DNA of 64,000 nucleotides from Bryobacterales bacterium (lineage in GTDB: Bacteria > Acidobacteriota > Terriglobia > Bryobacterales > UBA6623). The stretch lies in assembly GCA_965204435.1 (NCBI GenBank), contig OZ241997.1:1948154-2012153 (forward strand), read 5' to 3'. Positions 9,419 through 19,728 of the stretch are shown one piece after another. Below the pieces are notes generated by a model. The model was not told where the DNA came from. It saw only the letters and a program-made list of their open reading frames with translations, and made no database searches. The stretch's first letter is position 1. Every line of letters begins with the position of its first letter. Made by a program: the position numbers and the translations under genes.

Positions 9419-10639
9419 ATGATCTTGAAGAAAGCTGCGCACTGCGCACTCACAACGTGTCTGCTTCTGATGGTGGCCGCCGTCGCCATCCCGAATCCGC
9501 AGGAGAAGAACTACAAGGACCGGGCTGAGTACGATGTGATCACCAAGGTCTACGGCGAGGCAGACCCGGCCGCGAAGCTCTTGGTGCTCGACGAGTGGAC
9601 CGAGAAGTACCCCGAGACGGACTACCACGTGGAGCGCGCGCGCTTCTACCTCGACAGCTACCAAAAGACCGGCCAGACAGCGGAAGCGGTAGAAGCCGCG
9701 AAGACGCTCCTCACCAAGGTGCCGGATGACTTCACCGCGCACTACGTCATCACGCTTTCGAGCCCGTATCTGGGCAAGGCCGACGAGCAGACGGTGAGCG
9801 ACGGCATCGATGCCGCCAATTCCGTGCTGAAGCTCGTCGACCAGCAGTTCGCGAACAAGCCCGACACGGTCGCGCAAGAGGCGTGGGACAACGCCAAGGC
9901 GCAAGCCGTGGCATCGTCGCATTTGACAATCGGCTGGGGACGCATGCAGCAGAAGGACAACTCGTCCGCTGAGAATTCGTTCCGCGAGGTGCTCTCCATT
10001 GACCCGTCGCGCGGTCAGGTTTCCTATTGGCTTGGCCAGGTGGTGCTGGCGCAGCAGGATGCCGCAAAGTACGATCAGGCCTTCGTCTCATTTGCCCGCG
10101 CCGCGCTGTATGACGGTCCGAACTCGATGGCCGCCGAGGGCCGGACGCAGGTTCTGGAATACGTGCAGAACCTGCTCAAGAGCAACTACGGCGACGAAGC
10201 CTATGAACTCTACTGGCCCAAGATCGAGGAAATGGCCAAGGCCGGGGCGTTGTCAAGCGAGCGCATCGAACTGAAGTCGTCCGAGGAGTTGCAATTCGAG
10301 GCCGACCAGAAGTCCCGCAAAGAGAACCCGATGCTGTGGGTCTTCAAGGATCTCAAGACGCGCCTGCTCGAGCCCGCAGGGGATAGCATTTGGGCTGACC
10401 TCAACGGCAAGCTGACCCCGAAGATGCGCCTGTACGTGGTCTCGGCGAGTCCGCCCGAAAGACCGGCGACTGTCAACCTGACCAGCGAGCCCGGGGGCAG
10501 CACCGAGGTCGTGCTGAACCTAGAGAACCGCCTCCGCTCGGGACTGCGGACCGGATCCATGCTGACCATCGATGGGGTAGCCAGCGGTCTCTCCAAGAGC
10601 CCGTTCCGCCTCACCCTGACCGACGGGCACACGTTCTAG
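9419..10639 (+). CDS. Secreted TPR-repeat protein
   Basis: Signal-peptide-like N-terminus, alpha-helical TPR-like repeats (AENSFREVLSIDP, YWLGQV), strong host codon bias. Confidence 0.75.
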   Translation: MILKKAAHCALTTCLLLMVAAVAIPNPQEKNYKDRAEYDVITKVYGEADPAAKLLVLDEWTEKYPETDYHVERARFYLDSYQKTGQTAEAVEAAKTLLTKVPDDFTAHYVITLSSPYLGKADEQTVSDGIDAANSVLKLVDQQFANKPDTVAQEAWDNAKAQAVASSHLTIGWGRMQQKDNSSAENSFREVLSIDPSRGQVSYWLGQVVLAQQDAAKYDQAFVSFARAALYDGPNSMAAEGRTQVLEYVQNLLKSNYGDEAYELYWPKIEEMAKAGALSSERIELKSSEELQFEADQKSRKENPMLWVFKDLKTRLLEPAGDSIWADLNGKLTPKMRLYVVSASPPERPATVNLTSEPGGSTEVVLNLENRLRSGLRTGSMLTIDGVASGLSKSPFRLTLTDGHTF

Positions 10640-10756
10640 CCGCTGCGTGGAACTTGGTAGCCGGCCGCGGGCCGCTGCCGCAGCAAAGCCTAACGGGGGC
10701 GTGCCGAACCGCACCCGGTCCCGTCCTAGCCAGACAATAGAGTAGAGCTAGGATCG

Positions 10757-12415
10757 ATGAGGGTAGCGCTCGCGCAACTCAACTTCACCGTTGGGGATCT
10801 AGAGGCCAACACCGATCGCATCCTGCAGTGCGCCCGCGAGGCGAACGACCAAGGCGCGGACCTAACTGTATTTCCGGAACTGTCGATCTGCGGCTACCCG
10901 CCGCTCGACCTCGTCACCACGGCAGGTTTCCGCGACGCGAACGAGTCCCAGCTGCGGCGGCTGGCGCGGGAATCTGCCAGCTTGGACACAGCCCTGGTCG
11001 TGGGCTACTGCGGCGAAGCCGGCGAGTCGGGCAAAGCGGCAAACTGCTTGGCCTGCCTCGACCAAGGCGCTATCGTCTTCCGCCAGAGCAAGCTACTGCT
11101 ACCGACATACGACGTCTTCGACGAGGCGCGTTACTTCCGAGCCGGAGAGCAGGCCGCAGTGTGGGAGTTCCGGGGGCGACGGATCGGCCTCACGATCTGC
11201 GAGGACGCTTGGAACGACAAGCAATTCTGGGAGCGCTCGCGATATTCGACGGATCCGGTCGAGGAGTTGGCCAGGCAAGGAATCGACCTGCTCGTCAACA
11301 TTTCCGCCTCGCCGTACCACGTCGGCAGGCGCGGATTCCGGCTCGCCATGTTCAAGGCCATGGCAGCGCGCCACCACGTGCCCGTAGCCCTCGTCAACCA
11401 AGTCGGCGGCAACGACCAGCTGATTTTCGACGGGTCGAGCTTCGCCGTTGACGGATCCGGGACTCTCCGGGCGCGGGCGCTGTCCTTTGCGGAGGATGTG
11501 GTTTGCTGGGAGCCGGCCTCTGCCCGCGAGGCGCCGCAAGACACGTGGTCGGAGGAGAGCGCTGCTGGCGATACCGATGCCGTGTACGACGCCCTCGTGC
11601 TGGGAACTCGCGATTACGTCAGGAAGTGCGGGTTCAGCAAGGCGCTCGTTGGCATGAGCGGCGGGATCGACTCGGCCCTCACGACCGTGATCGCGACCGA
11701 GGCGCTGGGCCCGGGCAACGTTACCGGCGTCGCGATGCCGGGACCATACTCCTCCGAAGGCAGCCTGATCGACGCGCGGGGCACGGCCGAGGCCATGGGG
11801 ATCCAATTCCTGACGATCGGCATCAATCCGGCATACCGAGCGTTCGAGGCCCAGCTGGCGCCCGCCTTCAAGGGCCTGGCCCCGAATATCGCCGAGGAAA
11901 ACCTCCAGGCCCGCCTGCGCGGAACGACCCTGATGGCGTTGTCCAACAAGTTCCAAAGCCTAGTGCTCACCACCGGAAACAAGAGCGAACTGGCCGTTGG
12001 CTACTGCACGATCTACGGCGATATGTGCGGGGGCTTGGCGGTCATCAGCGACGTGCCGAAGACACTGGCCTACAAGCTGGCGCGAGTGGCCAACAAGCGC
12101 CATCCCGGCGGCATCCCTCAATCGGTGCTGGACAAGCCTCCGTCGGCGGAGCTGAGGCCCGATCAAAAGGATTCCGATTCCCTGCCACCCTACGAGGTGC
12201 TGGATCCGATCCTGCGGCTATACGTCGAAGAGTGCCTGTCCGCGCCGGAAATCGCCGAGCGCTTGGGCCATCCGCTCGAAATGGTGCGGGAAATCGCCCG
12301 CATGGTGGACCGCAACGAATACAAGCGCCAGCAAGCCGCTCCGGGCCTGCGCGTGACATCGAAGGCATTCGGGATGGGCCGCCGATTCCCGATCGCGCAG
12401 CGCCATGTCCGCTAG
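10757..12415 (+). CDS. nadE: Glutamine-dependent NAD+ synthetase
   Basis: Nitrilase domain (FPEL, K, ICEDAW) plus synthetase domain (SGGIDS, TGNKSE, PSAEL). Confidence 0.97.
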   Translation: MRVALAQLNFTVGDLEANTDRILQCAREANDQGADLTVFPELSICGYPPLDLVTTAGFRDANESQLRRLARESASLDTALVVGYCGEAGESGKAANCLACLDQGAIVFRQSKLLLPTYDVFDEARYFRAGEQAAVWEFRGRRIGLTICEDAWNDKQFWERSRYSTDPVEELARQGIDLLVNISASPYHVGRRGFRLAMFKAMAARHHVPVALVNQVGGNDQLIFDGSSFAVDGSGTLRARALSFAEDVVCWEPASAREAPQDTWSEESAAGDTDAVYDALVLGTRDYVRKCGFSKALVGMSGGIDSALTTVIATEALGPGNVTGVAMPGPYSSEGSLIDARGTAEAMGIQFLTIGINPAYRAFEAQLAPAFKGLAPNIAEENLQARLRGTTLMALSNKFQSLVLTTGNKSELAVGYCTIYGDMCGGLAVISDVPKTLAYKLARVANKRHPGGIPQSVLDKPPSAELRPDQKDSDSLPPYEVLDPILRLYVEECLSAPEIAERLGHPLEMVREIARMVDRNEYKRQQAAPGLRVTSKAFGMGRRFPIAQRHVR

Positions 12416-12457
12416 GCTAAGAGCAGCGATCCTCGCGGTCGTAGGTGAGGGAGATCG

Positions 12458-13915
12458 ATGCCGTTGCTTGCCAAGAGCCTAATTCGCACTGCCCTGTACG
12501 TGCTCGGAGCGATCGGTGCGGCGGCCGCGGCGGGCGGGCTGTACGTGCACTGGTCGGGAGCGACGATCGGTCTTTCCGGTTCTGGCCGGGGCTTGGTAGT
12601 CGAGCACGTCGACTCCGAGTCGCGCATGGAGGATCTGGAAGCAGACCGGCGCCTAGACACTGTTTCATTGGCCCGAGCGGAGGGAGACGCGTCCCAGGCT
12701 GCGGCCCCTGTCATGGCTAGGCCTGCCGCCGCAAGCCCCCCCGACGACGCTTCCGCGACGGCGAACTACTGGACCGAGTACCGCGGCCCGGGACGCGCCG
12801 GAATCTACGATCAATCGCCCATCAATACCGACTGGCCGTCCGATGGCCCGCAGGAACTCTGGCGAGAGCAGATCGGCGGCGGCTACGCCTCGATGGTCGT
12901 GGCCGACGGGCTGCTGTTCACGATCGAGCAGCGACGCGATCGCGAAGTCGTAGCAGCTTACAGGATTGAGGACGGCCGCCAGGCTTGGGAGCACTCGTGG
13001 AAGTCTCGGTTCAGCGAATCGATGGGAGGCGACGGGCCTCGCGCCACGCCAACATGGTCGGACGGCAAGATCTACGCGCAGGGCGCGAACGGCGACCTGC
13101 TGTGCCTGGCTGCCGGCAATGGGGACGTGCTCTGGCAGCGGAACATCCTCAGGGACGCCAACGCCTCCAACCTGACCTGGGGCATGGCGGCGGCCCCTCT
13201 GGTGGTTGACGACATGGTCATCGCCCTGCCCGGCGGGAGGGGCGGGAAGTCGATCTTCGCCTACGACAAGCTTACCGGCGACGTTCTCTGGTCGAACCTC
13301 GACGACAAGGCCGGATACGTCTCCCCGCAGGTGGCGACGCTCGCCGGGCAGCGGCAACTGCTGATCGTGAGCGGGACGCGGGTGCTCGGCGCGTCATTGG
13401 ACGACGGCTCCGAGCTCTGGAGCCACCCCTGGAAGACGAGCTACGACGCCAATTGCGCTCAGCCTCTGGTCGTGGATGCCAGCCATGTGTTCGTCTCGTC
13501 CGGCTACGGCCACGGGGCGACGCTGCTACAGATCTCCCAGGGCGATAGCGGCTTCTCTGTCGAAGAGGTCTGGTTCAACCTCAACATGAAGAACAAGTTC
13601 AATCCTTCGGTGCTGGTTGACGAGGTTGTCTACGGGCTGGACGAGGGGATTCTTGCAGCGGTTGACGTGCGCACAGGGGAGCGTCTCTGGAAGAAAGGCC
13701 GCTACCGCTACGGACAACTCCTGTATGCGTCCGGTCACTTGGTGATCATCAGCGAGGACGGAGAGCTGGCCTTGGTGGAAGCCACGCCTACCGAGTACCG
13801 GGAGCTCGTTCGCTTCGATTCCATCCCAGGCAAGACCTGGAACGTCCCGGCCCTGGCGGACGGCCTGTTGTTCGTCCGCAACCAAACGGAGCTGGTGGCC
13901 TACGACCTGCGATAG
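12458..13915 (+). CDS. PQQ-binding-like (BamB-type) beta-propeller protein
   Basis: WTEYRGP, ELWR, GPRATP and repeated G..LW blades. Confidence 0.85.
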   Translation: MPLLAKSLIRTALYVLGAIGAAAAAGGLYVHWSGATIGLSGSGRGLVVEHVDSESRMEDLEADRRLDTVSLARAEGDASQAAAPVMARPAAASPPDDASATANYWTEYRGPGRAGIYDQSPINTDWPSDGPQELWREQIGGGYASMVVADGLLFTIEQRRDREVVAAYRIEDGRQAWEHSWKSRFSESMGGDGPRATPTWSDGKIYAQGANGDLLCLAAGNGDVLWQRNILRDANASNLTWGMAAAPLVVDDMVIALPGGRGGKSIFAYDKLTGDVLWSNLDDKAGYVSPQVATLAGQRQLLIVSGTRVLGASLDDGSELWSHPWKTSYDANCAQPLVVDASHVFVSSGYGHGATLLQISQGDSGFSVEEVWFNLNMKNKFNPSVLVDEVVYGLDEGILAAVDVRTGERLWKKGRYRYGQLLYASGHLVIISEDGELALVEATPTEYRELVRFDSIPGKTWNVPALADGLLFVRNQTELVAYDLR

Positions 13916-13949
13916 CCGGATCGGATCGGCCTAGGCAGACGGAACGCAA

Positions 13950-14915
13950 GTGAGCGCGGGCGAACCAATCCCGGTTGCCGTCGTTGGCGCCGGCAACTTC
14001 GGGCGACAGCACGCCCGCGTCTACGCAGCCCTGCCCGAGGCAAACCTCCTCGCCGTGGTCGATCGCGACATGGCGCGGGCCCGACAGGTCGCAGACGAGT
14101 ACGGCGGCGAGGCCCTGCCGGACCCAGCGGCGCTGCCCCTCGGAGTGCGGGCCGCGAGCCTCGCGGTGCCGACGCAGCACCATGCGCGCGTCGGGCTGGC
14201 GCTGCTGGCGCAGGGCGTGGATTTGCTGGTCGAGAAGCCCATCGCCCCGGATGTCGAGTCGGCGAGAGATCTGGTGACGGCAGCTCGAAAGGCCGGCCGT
14301 GTCCTACAGGTCGGGCACCTGGAGCGATTCAACCCGGCCGTCGAGCAAGCGGCGGACGCGGCCACGCTGCCCCTGTTTTTTGAGATCCACCGGATGAGCC
14401 CGTTCAGCCCGCGAAGCCTGGATATAGACGTCGTGCTCGATCTGATGATCCACGACCTTGATATCGTGCTGAAGCTCGTCGATTCGCCGGTGCGCGACGT
14501 GTCTGCCAGCGGCCTTTCCGTGATTTCCAACACGACCGACATCGCGAATGTGCGCATCCAGTTCGAGAACGGCTGCGTTGCAAACCTCACAGCCAGCAGG
14601 GTTTCCACCGAGAGGATTCGCAAGCTGCGCTTCTTCCAGCCGCGCGAGTACATCTCGCTGGACTACATCAAGCGCGAGGGGGTCCGCATTGGACTGGATA
14701 GCTCGGCAGGTTTGCGCGTCCTGCCTCTGGCCTCGGACGACGTCGAACCGCTGCGACGGCAGCTGGAATCCTTCTTGCGCTGCGTGCGGGATCGCTCGCA
14801 GCCCCGTGTAACGGGGCAAGACGCCCTCGGAGCGCTACAACTCGCACTTAGAATAAGAGAGGCGATCGAAGAGCATTCGCACTTGGTCACAAGGACCTTG
14901 GCCGCCCACAGATAA
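13950..14915 (+). CDS. Gfo/Idh/MocA oxidoreductase (GnnA / UDP-GlcNAc 3-dehydrogenase-like)
   Basis: GAGNFG, VEKP, GHLERFNPA, DVVLDLMIHDLD. Confidence 0.85.
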   Translation: MSAGEPIPVAVVGAGNFGRQHARVYAALPEANLLAVVDRDMARARQVADEYGGEALPDPAALPLGVRAASLAVPTQHHARVGLALLAQGVDLLVEKPIAPDVESARDLVTAARKAGRVLQVGHLERFNPAVEQAADAATLPLFFEIHRMSPFSPRSLDIDVVLDLMIHDLDIVLKLVDSPVRDVSASGLSVISNTTDIANVRIQFENGCVANLTASRVSTERIRKLRFFQPREYISLDYIKREGVRIGLDSSAGLRVLPLASDDVEPLRRQLESFLRCVRDRSQPRVTGQDALGALQLALRIREAIEEHSHLVTRTLAAHR

Positions 14916-16304
14916 TTGCCGGGCCCGGACAAATTCCGACTTCACTTCCTGCTCGAAGACTATTCCGAGAGCTTGGCCGCCCGGGCCTCGGTTGCGCACG
15001 GGGCGGCGTTGCGGCCCAGCGACCATCCACTGTACCTGCAGGTCGCCGAATTCGAACGGCGGCTCGCCTGGCAGCAGGCGCACGGTGCAGCGAATCCGCA
15101 TCGGCTACGCCCAGATGGCCCGGCCCCGGAGTTCCAGGCGGAACGCTTCGATCCCCGGCGTCGATATGACAACGCCGATGGAAGAGGCGTGTGGCCGCCC
15201 GACGCTGGAACCGACCTCGATCTGGAGGTTGTATGGGAGCGGCGGGGGCTGCAATCGCGCGCCACTGTGACGAAAGCGGCCGCGGTGGTGCTCCATGCGG
15301 TCGGCTTGATGATCTTGGTCATACCGGGAACGATGCAACTGGAGCTCAACGAGCCGGCGGATTGGAACACAGTTCAGATCACTCTGATGACCCCGTCGCT
15401 GGATGACCTGCCGCCGCTTGAGAGACAAGTTGACATCGCAGGCGAGGGCCAAGACGGGTTCCGCGGCCTGCCCGCGCCCGCGCCGGATCCGGGCCCCGGA
15501 CCCGAGGCCGACCCCGAGCCCACGCCCGAGCCGGAGCCCGAGGAGGTCGCCGAGGTGCCCCAGCCGGTCGAGGTCGAGGAACCGGAACCTGAACCCGAGA
15601 ATCCGGCACTCGAGGAAAAGGAGGACCCCCCAGAAGCAGAGCCGCCGCCGGCGCAAAGCCCCGATCCGGGAGAGTTTCGCAAGGGCCTTGAACTCGCGCA
15701 GGCCCGCGACCCAAGGCTGTTGCCCATGCCCGCGGCACCCACTCGCAAGCGGGCCGTGCTGAAGCTGGAAAATCCCCCGGCGCGCATGCCCAGCCGCCAG
15801 GGCAGCGCCCAGTTGGGAACGCTGCAACTGACTCCCAGACCCGGAGAGGTCATCTCCGGTGCGATCGAACAGATGAAGCGCAGCGGGCCTCCGAGGCAAG
15901 CGGTCGGCGATAGCATCGGCGGCTCCAATTCCAGGGTGACGCTGCCCAACAGCCCGGCCGAATCAGGCAGCCTCGTAGAACTGCTGAGCGACCCGCGCGG
16001 TGTCGACTTCAGGCCCTATCTGACCCAGGTGCTGGCGGCGGTGAGGCGGAACTGGTTCGCCGTGATCCCCGAGAGCGCGCGACTCGGCATGAGTCGCGGC
16101 CGCACGCTGATCCAGTTCTCCGTCGCGCGCAACGGCAGCGTGCCCAAGCTGGTGATCGCCAAGAGTTCCGGGGCGCCGCCGCTGGATCGCGCGGCCGTTG
16201 CCGGCGTGAGTGCTTCGAATCCCTTCCCTCCTCTGCCGAAGGAATACCTCGGCGGGGACATTCGCTTGCAGTTCACGTTCCTGTACAATATCCGAAATCG
16301 TTGA
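14916..16304 (+). CDS. TonB/TolA-family energy transducer protein
   Basis: TM segment with His (VVLHAVG), Pro/Glu-rich linker (PEPEPE), C-terminal TonB_2 domain (VRRNW, SSG..LDRAA, PFPPLP). Start uncertain (TTG directly after the upstream TAA). Confidence 0.85.
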   Translation: MPGPDKFRLHFLLEDYSESLAARASVAHGAALRPSDHPLYLQVAEFERRLAWQQAHGAANPHRLRPDGPAPEFQAERFDPRRRYDNADGRGVWPPDAGTDLDLEVVWERRGLQSRATVTKAAAVVLHAVGLMILVIPGTMQLELNEPADWNTVQITLMTPSLDDLPPLERQVDIAGEGQDGFRGLPAPAPDPGPGPEADPEPTPEPEPEEVAEVPQPVEVEEPEPEPENPALEEKEDPPEAEPPPAQSPDPGEFRKGLELAQARDPRLLPMPAAPTRKRAVLKLENPPARMPSRQGSAQLGTLQLTPRPGEVISGAIEQMKRSGPPRQAVGDSIGGSNSRVTLPNSPAESGSLVELLSDPRGVDFRPYLTQVLAAVRRNWFAVIPESARLGMSRGRTLIQFSVARNGSVPKLVIAKSSGAPPLDRAAVAGVSASNPFPPLPKEYLGGDIRLQFTFLYNIRNR

Positions 16305-16380
16305 GGCGCAGGCCCGGATTTCCGGCCGTGCAGCCAGCATCCCGCTCGGCCGCCCCAACGTGCGGTCCCCAGAGGCAACC

Positions 16381-17817
16381 ATGAGCACGACACGCAGGCA
16401 GTTCCTCGGCGGCATGACCGCCGCGGGCGCAATCGGATGCGGGGTTTCGTCGCCGGAACCGTGGAACATCGTCTGGATCATCGCCGACGACCTATCGCCG
16501 GATCTATCGTGCTATGGCAGCACCGAGGTCAGCACGCCCAACATCGACCGCCTCGCCGCTGAGGGCGCCCGTTTCACCAATGCATACGTCACGTGCCCGG
16601 TTTGCTCGCCGTCCCGGTCCGCGCTCATCACCGGCATGTACCAGACGAGCATCGGCGCGCACGCGCACCGGAGCCATCGCAACGATGGCTACGCCCTGCC
16701 GGAGCCTGTGCGACTGATTACGGACTACTTCCGCGAAGCAGGCTACTACACCGTCAACGACCACCAGAGCGGCCTCGGCGGACGCAACAAGACCGACTTC
16801 AATTTCCAGTACAAGAAGCCGTTCGACGGCAACAACTGGCGTGACCGCGCAGCAGGGCAGCCGTTCTACGCCCAAGTCAACATCTTCGAACCGCACCGGG
16901 GCGAGGCGACTGAGCCATGGGGTTTCGCCGCCGACATCGACTCGCCGACAGACCCATCGGCCGTGGCGCCCCCGGCGTACTATCCGCAGGACGATGTCGC
17001 CAAGAAAGACTGGGCGGGATACCTGGACGCCGTGCGCATGCTCGACGAGAAGGTCGGCCGCGTGCTCGACCGTCTGGAGGAGGACGGCATCGCGGACCGG
17101 ACGGTCGTGATGTTCTTCGGAGACCACGGGCGGCCGATGCCCCGCGACAAGCAATTTCTCTACGACGGCGGCATTCGCGTGCCCCTGGTGATCCGCTGGC
17201 CGGGGCAACTCGAGCCGGGCAGCGTGCGCGACGAACTGGTGAGCAGCATCGACCTGTCAGCGACGTCGCTGGCGATCGCCGGCATCGACGTGCCCTCCCA
17301 CTTCGAGGGGCGAGTCCTCCTCGGCGAGCACAAGACGGCTTCGCGGGAGTACGTGTTCGCAGCGCGCGATCGCTGCGACGAGACGGTTGACCGCATTCGC
17401 GCGGTCCGCGACAAGCGCTACAAGTACATCCGCAACTACTACCCCGATCGGCCCTACATGCAGCTGAACCGGTACAAGGAAACCTCCTATCCCATCTGGC
17501 GCCAGATGCTCAGGCTGGAGAAGGAGGGGCAGCTCAGCGCCAGCGAGAATCCGTTTCTCGCCCGCAGCCGTCCCGAAGAAGAGCTCTACGACACCGAGAC
17601 TGATCCGGACGAACTGCACAACCTTGCAGAGTCGCCGGAACACCAGCAGATCCTCACACGCATGGCATCCGCGCTCGACCTGTGGGTGCAACACACGGGC
17701 GACATGGGCGAACAGCAAGAGGATCCGTCTATCGCGGCGGCGTGGAACGAGCGCATGGCGGAGGTATACACCGAGGCGTATTCGATCCTGGAGGACCGAG
17801 AGTCCCCTTGGAAGTGA
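16381..17817 (+). CDS. Sulfatase (Tat signal, probable lipoprotein)
   Basis: TRRQFL Tat motif, IADD, CSPSR formylglycine motif, GDHG. Confidence 0.93.
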   Translation: MSTTRRQFLGGMTAAGAIGCGVSSPEPWNIVWIIADDLSPDLSCYGSTEVSTPNIDRLAAEGARFTNAYVTCPVCSPSRSALITGMYQTSIGAHAHRSHRNDGYALPEPVRLITDYFREAGYYTVNDHQSGLGGRNKTDFNFQYKKPFDGNNWRDRAAGQPFYAQVNIFEPHRGEATEPWGFAADIDSPTDPSAVAPPAYYPQDDVAKKDWAGYLDAVRMLDEKVGRVLDRLEEDGIADRTVVMFFGDHGRPMPRDKQFLYDGGIRVPLVIRWPGQLEPGSVRDELVSSIDLSATSLAIAGIDVPSHFEGRVLLGEHKTASREYVFAARDRCDETVDRIRAVRDKRYKYIRNYYPDRPYMQLNRYKETSYPIWRQMLRLEKEGQLSASENPFLARSRPEEELYDTETDPDELHNLAESPEHQQILTRMASALDLWVQHTGDMGEQQEDPSIAAAWNERMAEVYTEAYSILEDRESPWK

Positions 17818-18224
17818 ATAACTCCCCGCTGGCGGCTCTGGCCGCCCTCATTTGCTTGATCGCGCTGGCCGGCGGATTCGCCGGGAACGCGGCGCTGCTC
17901 GGCATGGCCTCGGTGTCGCTAATCGTGGTGCTGTGCCTGATCGGCCTGCGCTCGCCCGGGCGGCCGTCTAGGCTCACCGTTGCGGCCGTGCTGGCGTTCG
18001 GGATCGGATTCTGCTGCCTGCTGGCGCTTCAGTTCCGCCTGCACGATCCGACCGGGCCGCTCAGGACCATCGGCGGGTTCCCAGCCGGAACGGCTCTGCT
18101 CGTGTACGGCATCGCGCCGCTGGGACTGATGCTCGGAGTGCTCTACGGCCTGATCTTCGATCGCGAAGTCCTTCCGCCTGACCGGCAGCGCGCGTTCATT
18201 GAGCGCCATTCCTCCAAGCCGTAG
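17814..18224 (+). CDS. Small membrane protein (about 4 TM), probable partner of the symporter
   Basis: GTGA overlap with the sulfatase stop; hydrophobic segments; 15 bp upstream of the SSS gene. Confidence 0.7.
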   Translation: MNNSPLAALAALICLIALAGGFAGNAALLGMASVSLIVVLCLIGLRSPGRPSRLTVAAVLAFGIGFCCLLALQFRLHDPTGPLRTIGGFPAGTALLVYGIAPLGLMLGVLYGLIFDREVLPPDRQRAFIERHSSKP

Positions 18225-18239
18225 CCGCCCGAGCGACTC

Positions 18240-19712
18240 ATGCCGACCGCCGATTCGCAACTCATCATCACCTGTGTAGTCGTCTATCTGGCGAGTTGCG
18301 CGGTGATCGGCGTGTGGGCGATGCGCCGCACCTCTTCGGCGGCCGACTTCTTCCTCGCCGGCAAGTCTCTGGGACCGGTCGTCGTGGTCATGGCCACGAT
18401 CTCGAGCGTGATGAGCGGGTTCGGCTTCGTCGGCGGCCCCGGCCTAGTCTACGAATCCGGCTCGAGCTCGCTTTGGATGGTGTTCGTATCGGCCTTCAGC
18501 CTGCCGGTGGTTTTCCTGCTAACAGGCAAGCGCTTGCGCCTGCTCGTCGAAGTGCGCGACATCCTTACGTTGCCGGAAGCCATCGCGGCTCGCTACGGGG
18601 GCATGTGGCCGGCGCTGGCGATGAGCGCCGCTATATTTCTGGGCGTCATCGGATACCTCGGCACGCAAATCCTTGCCATCGGCACGGTGCTGCAGGCCGT
18701 CTTGGGCATCGATCTGCTGGTGGCCCTGAGCATCGGGCTGGGAGTGCTTGCCTTCTATTCCATCGCGGGCGGGATCGTAGCAGGCGTCTACACGGATCTG
18801 TTCCAAGGCCTGCTGATGCTGGGCGCGGCCATCGCGGTGCTGCTGCAGTGCCTCAAGGTGGGCGGGGGCATGCAGTCGATCAGCCAGACGCTGTGGGCCA
18901 TGGAACCGGACTACTTCGGGCCGTGGGGCTCGCGGGGCGACATGGCCGCCCTTAGCTGGATGCTGCTGTTCGGGATCGGGGCGTCCGGGCAGCCTCACGC
19001 TGTCACCAAGCTGATGATGCTCAAGGATATCCGGCAGCTGAAGTGGAGCGCCCTCGCGACCGGCGCGAGCTACCTCGTGCTGGCCATGCTATGGATGGGG
19101 ATCGGTCTCGCCATGCGCACGCTGGTTGCCAGAGGCGACCACCCGGAGCTGGAGAATCCCGACCTAGCAGCGCCCACGTTCCTGCTCCAGTACACGCCGG
19201 AACTGCTGGCAGGCATCGTCTTCGCAGGCCTGCTCGCGGCAATCATGTCGACGGCGGACTCGTTCCTCAACCTAGGCGCGGCCGCGGTCGTGCGCGACAT
19301 TCCCATCGCGCTCCGGGGCAGGCCATTGGAGCGCGAGCTGCTGTGGTCCAGGATCGTGACAGGGGCGCTGCTGGTCGTGTCAGCGGTGTTTGCGCTCTAC
19401 ATGGAAAGCCTGATCGCCCTGCTCGGAACGTTTGGCTGGGGAACGTTCGCGGCCGCGATCGTTCCCAGCATATGCATCGGCATGAACTGGAAGCGAGCCA
19501 CCGGACAAGCTTGCGTGGCCTCGATCAGCACCAGCATCGCGCTGAATTTCATCTTGGAGATGTCGGCGCGCCACGGCTACGCCCTTCTGCCACCCGGCCT
19601 AGCGGTCGGCGCGGTCGCTCTGCTGGCATCGACCGTCGTATTCGTCCTGGTCTCGCTGGCCACTCCGCGGCCCCGGCTCAGCCGCGAGATCGATGCGCTA
19701 CTTGACGTATAG
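18240..19712 (+). CDS. Sodium:solute symporter (PutP/SSS family)
   Basis: DFFLAGKSLG, SGFGFVGGPG, YTDLFQG, AAIMSTADS; about 13 TM segments. Confidence 0.92.
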   Translation: MPTADSQLIITCVVVYLASCAVIGVWAMRRTSSAADFFLAGKSLGPVVVVMATISSVMSGFGFVGGPGLVYESGSSSLWMVFVSAFSLPVVFLLTGKRLRLLVEVRDILTLPEAIAARYGGMWPALAMSAAIFLGVIGYLGTQILAIGTVLQAVLGIDLLVALSIGLGVLAFYSIAGGIVAGVYTDLFQGLLMLGAAIAVLLQCLKVGGGMQSISQTLWAMEPDYFGPWGSRGDMAALSWMLLFGIGASGQPHAVTKLMMLKDIRQLKWSALATGASYLVLAMLWMGIGLAMRTLVARGDHPELENPDLAAPTFLLQYTPELLAGIVFAGLLAAIMSTADSFLNLGAAAVVRDIPIALRGRPLERELLWSRIVTGALLVVSAVFALYMESLIALLGTFGWGTFAAAIVPSICIGMNWKRATGQACVASISTSIALNFILEMSARHGYALLPPGLAVGAVALLASTVVFVLVSLATPRPRLSREIDALLDV

Positions 19713-19728
19713 GGGACTCACCACAGAT

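Noticed and set aside
15470..15600. Short tandem-like repeats as a CRISPR array or VNTR
   Set aside because: They encode the Pro/Glu linker of the TonB-like protein; no repeat-spacer structure was seen anywhere in the window.
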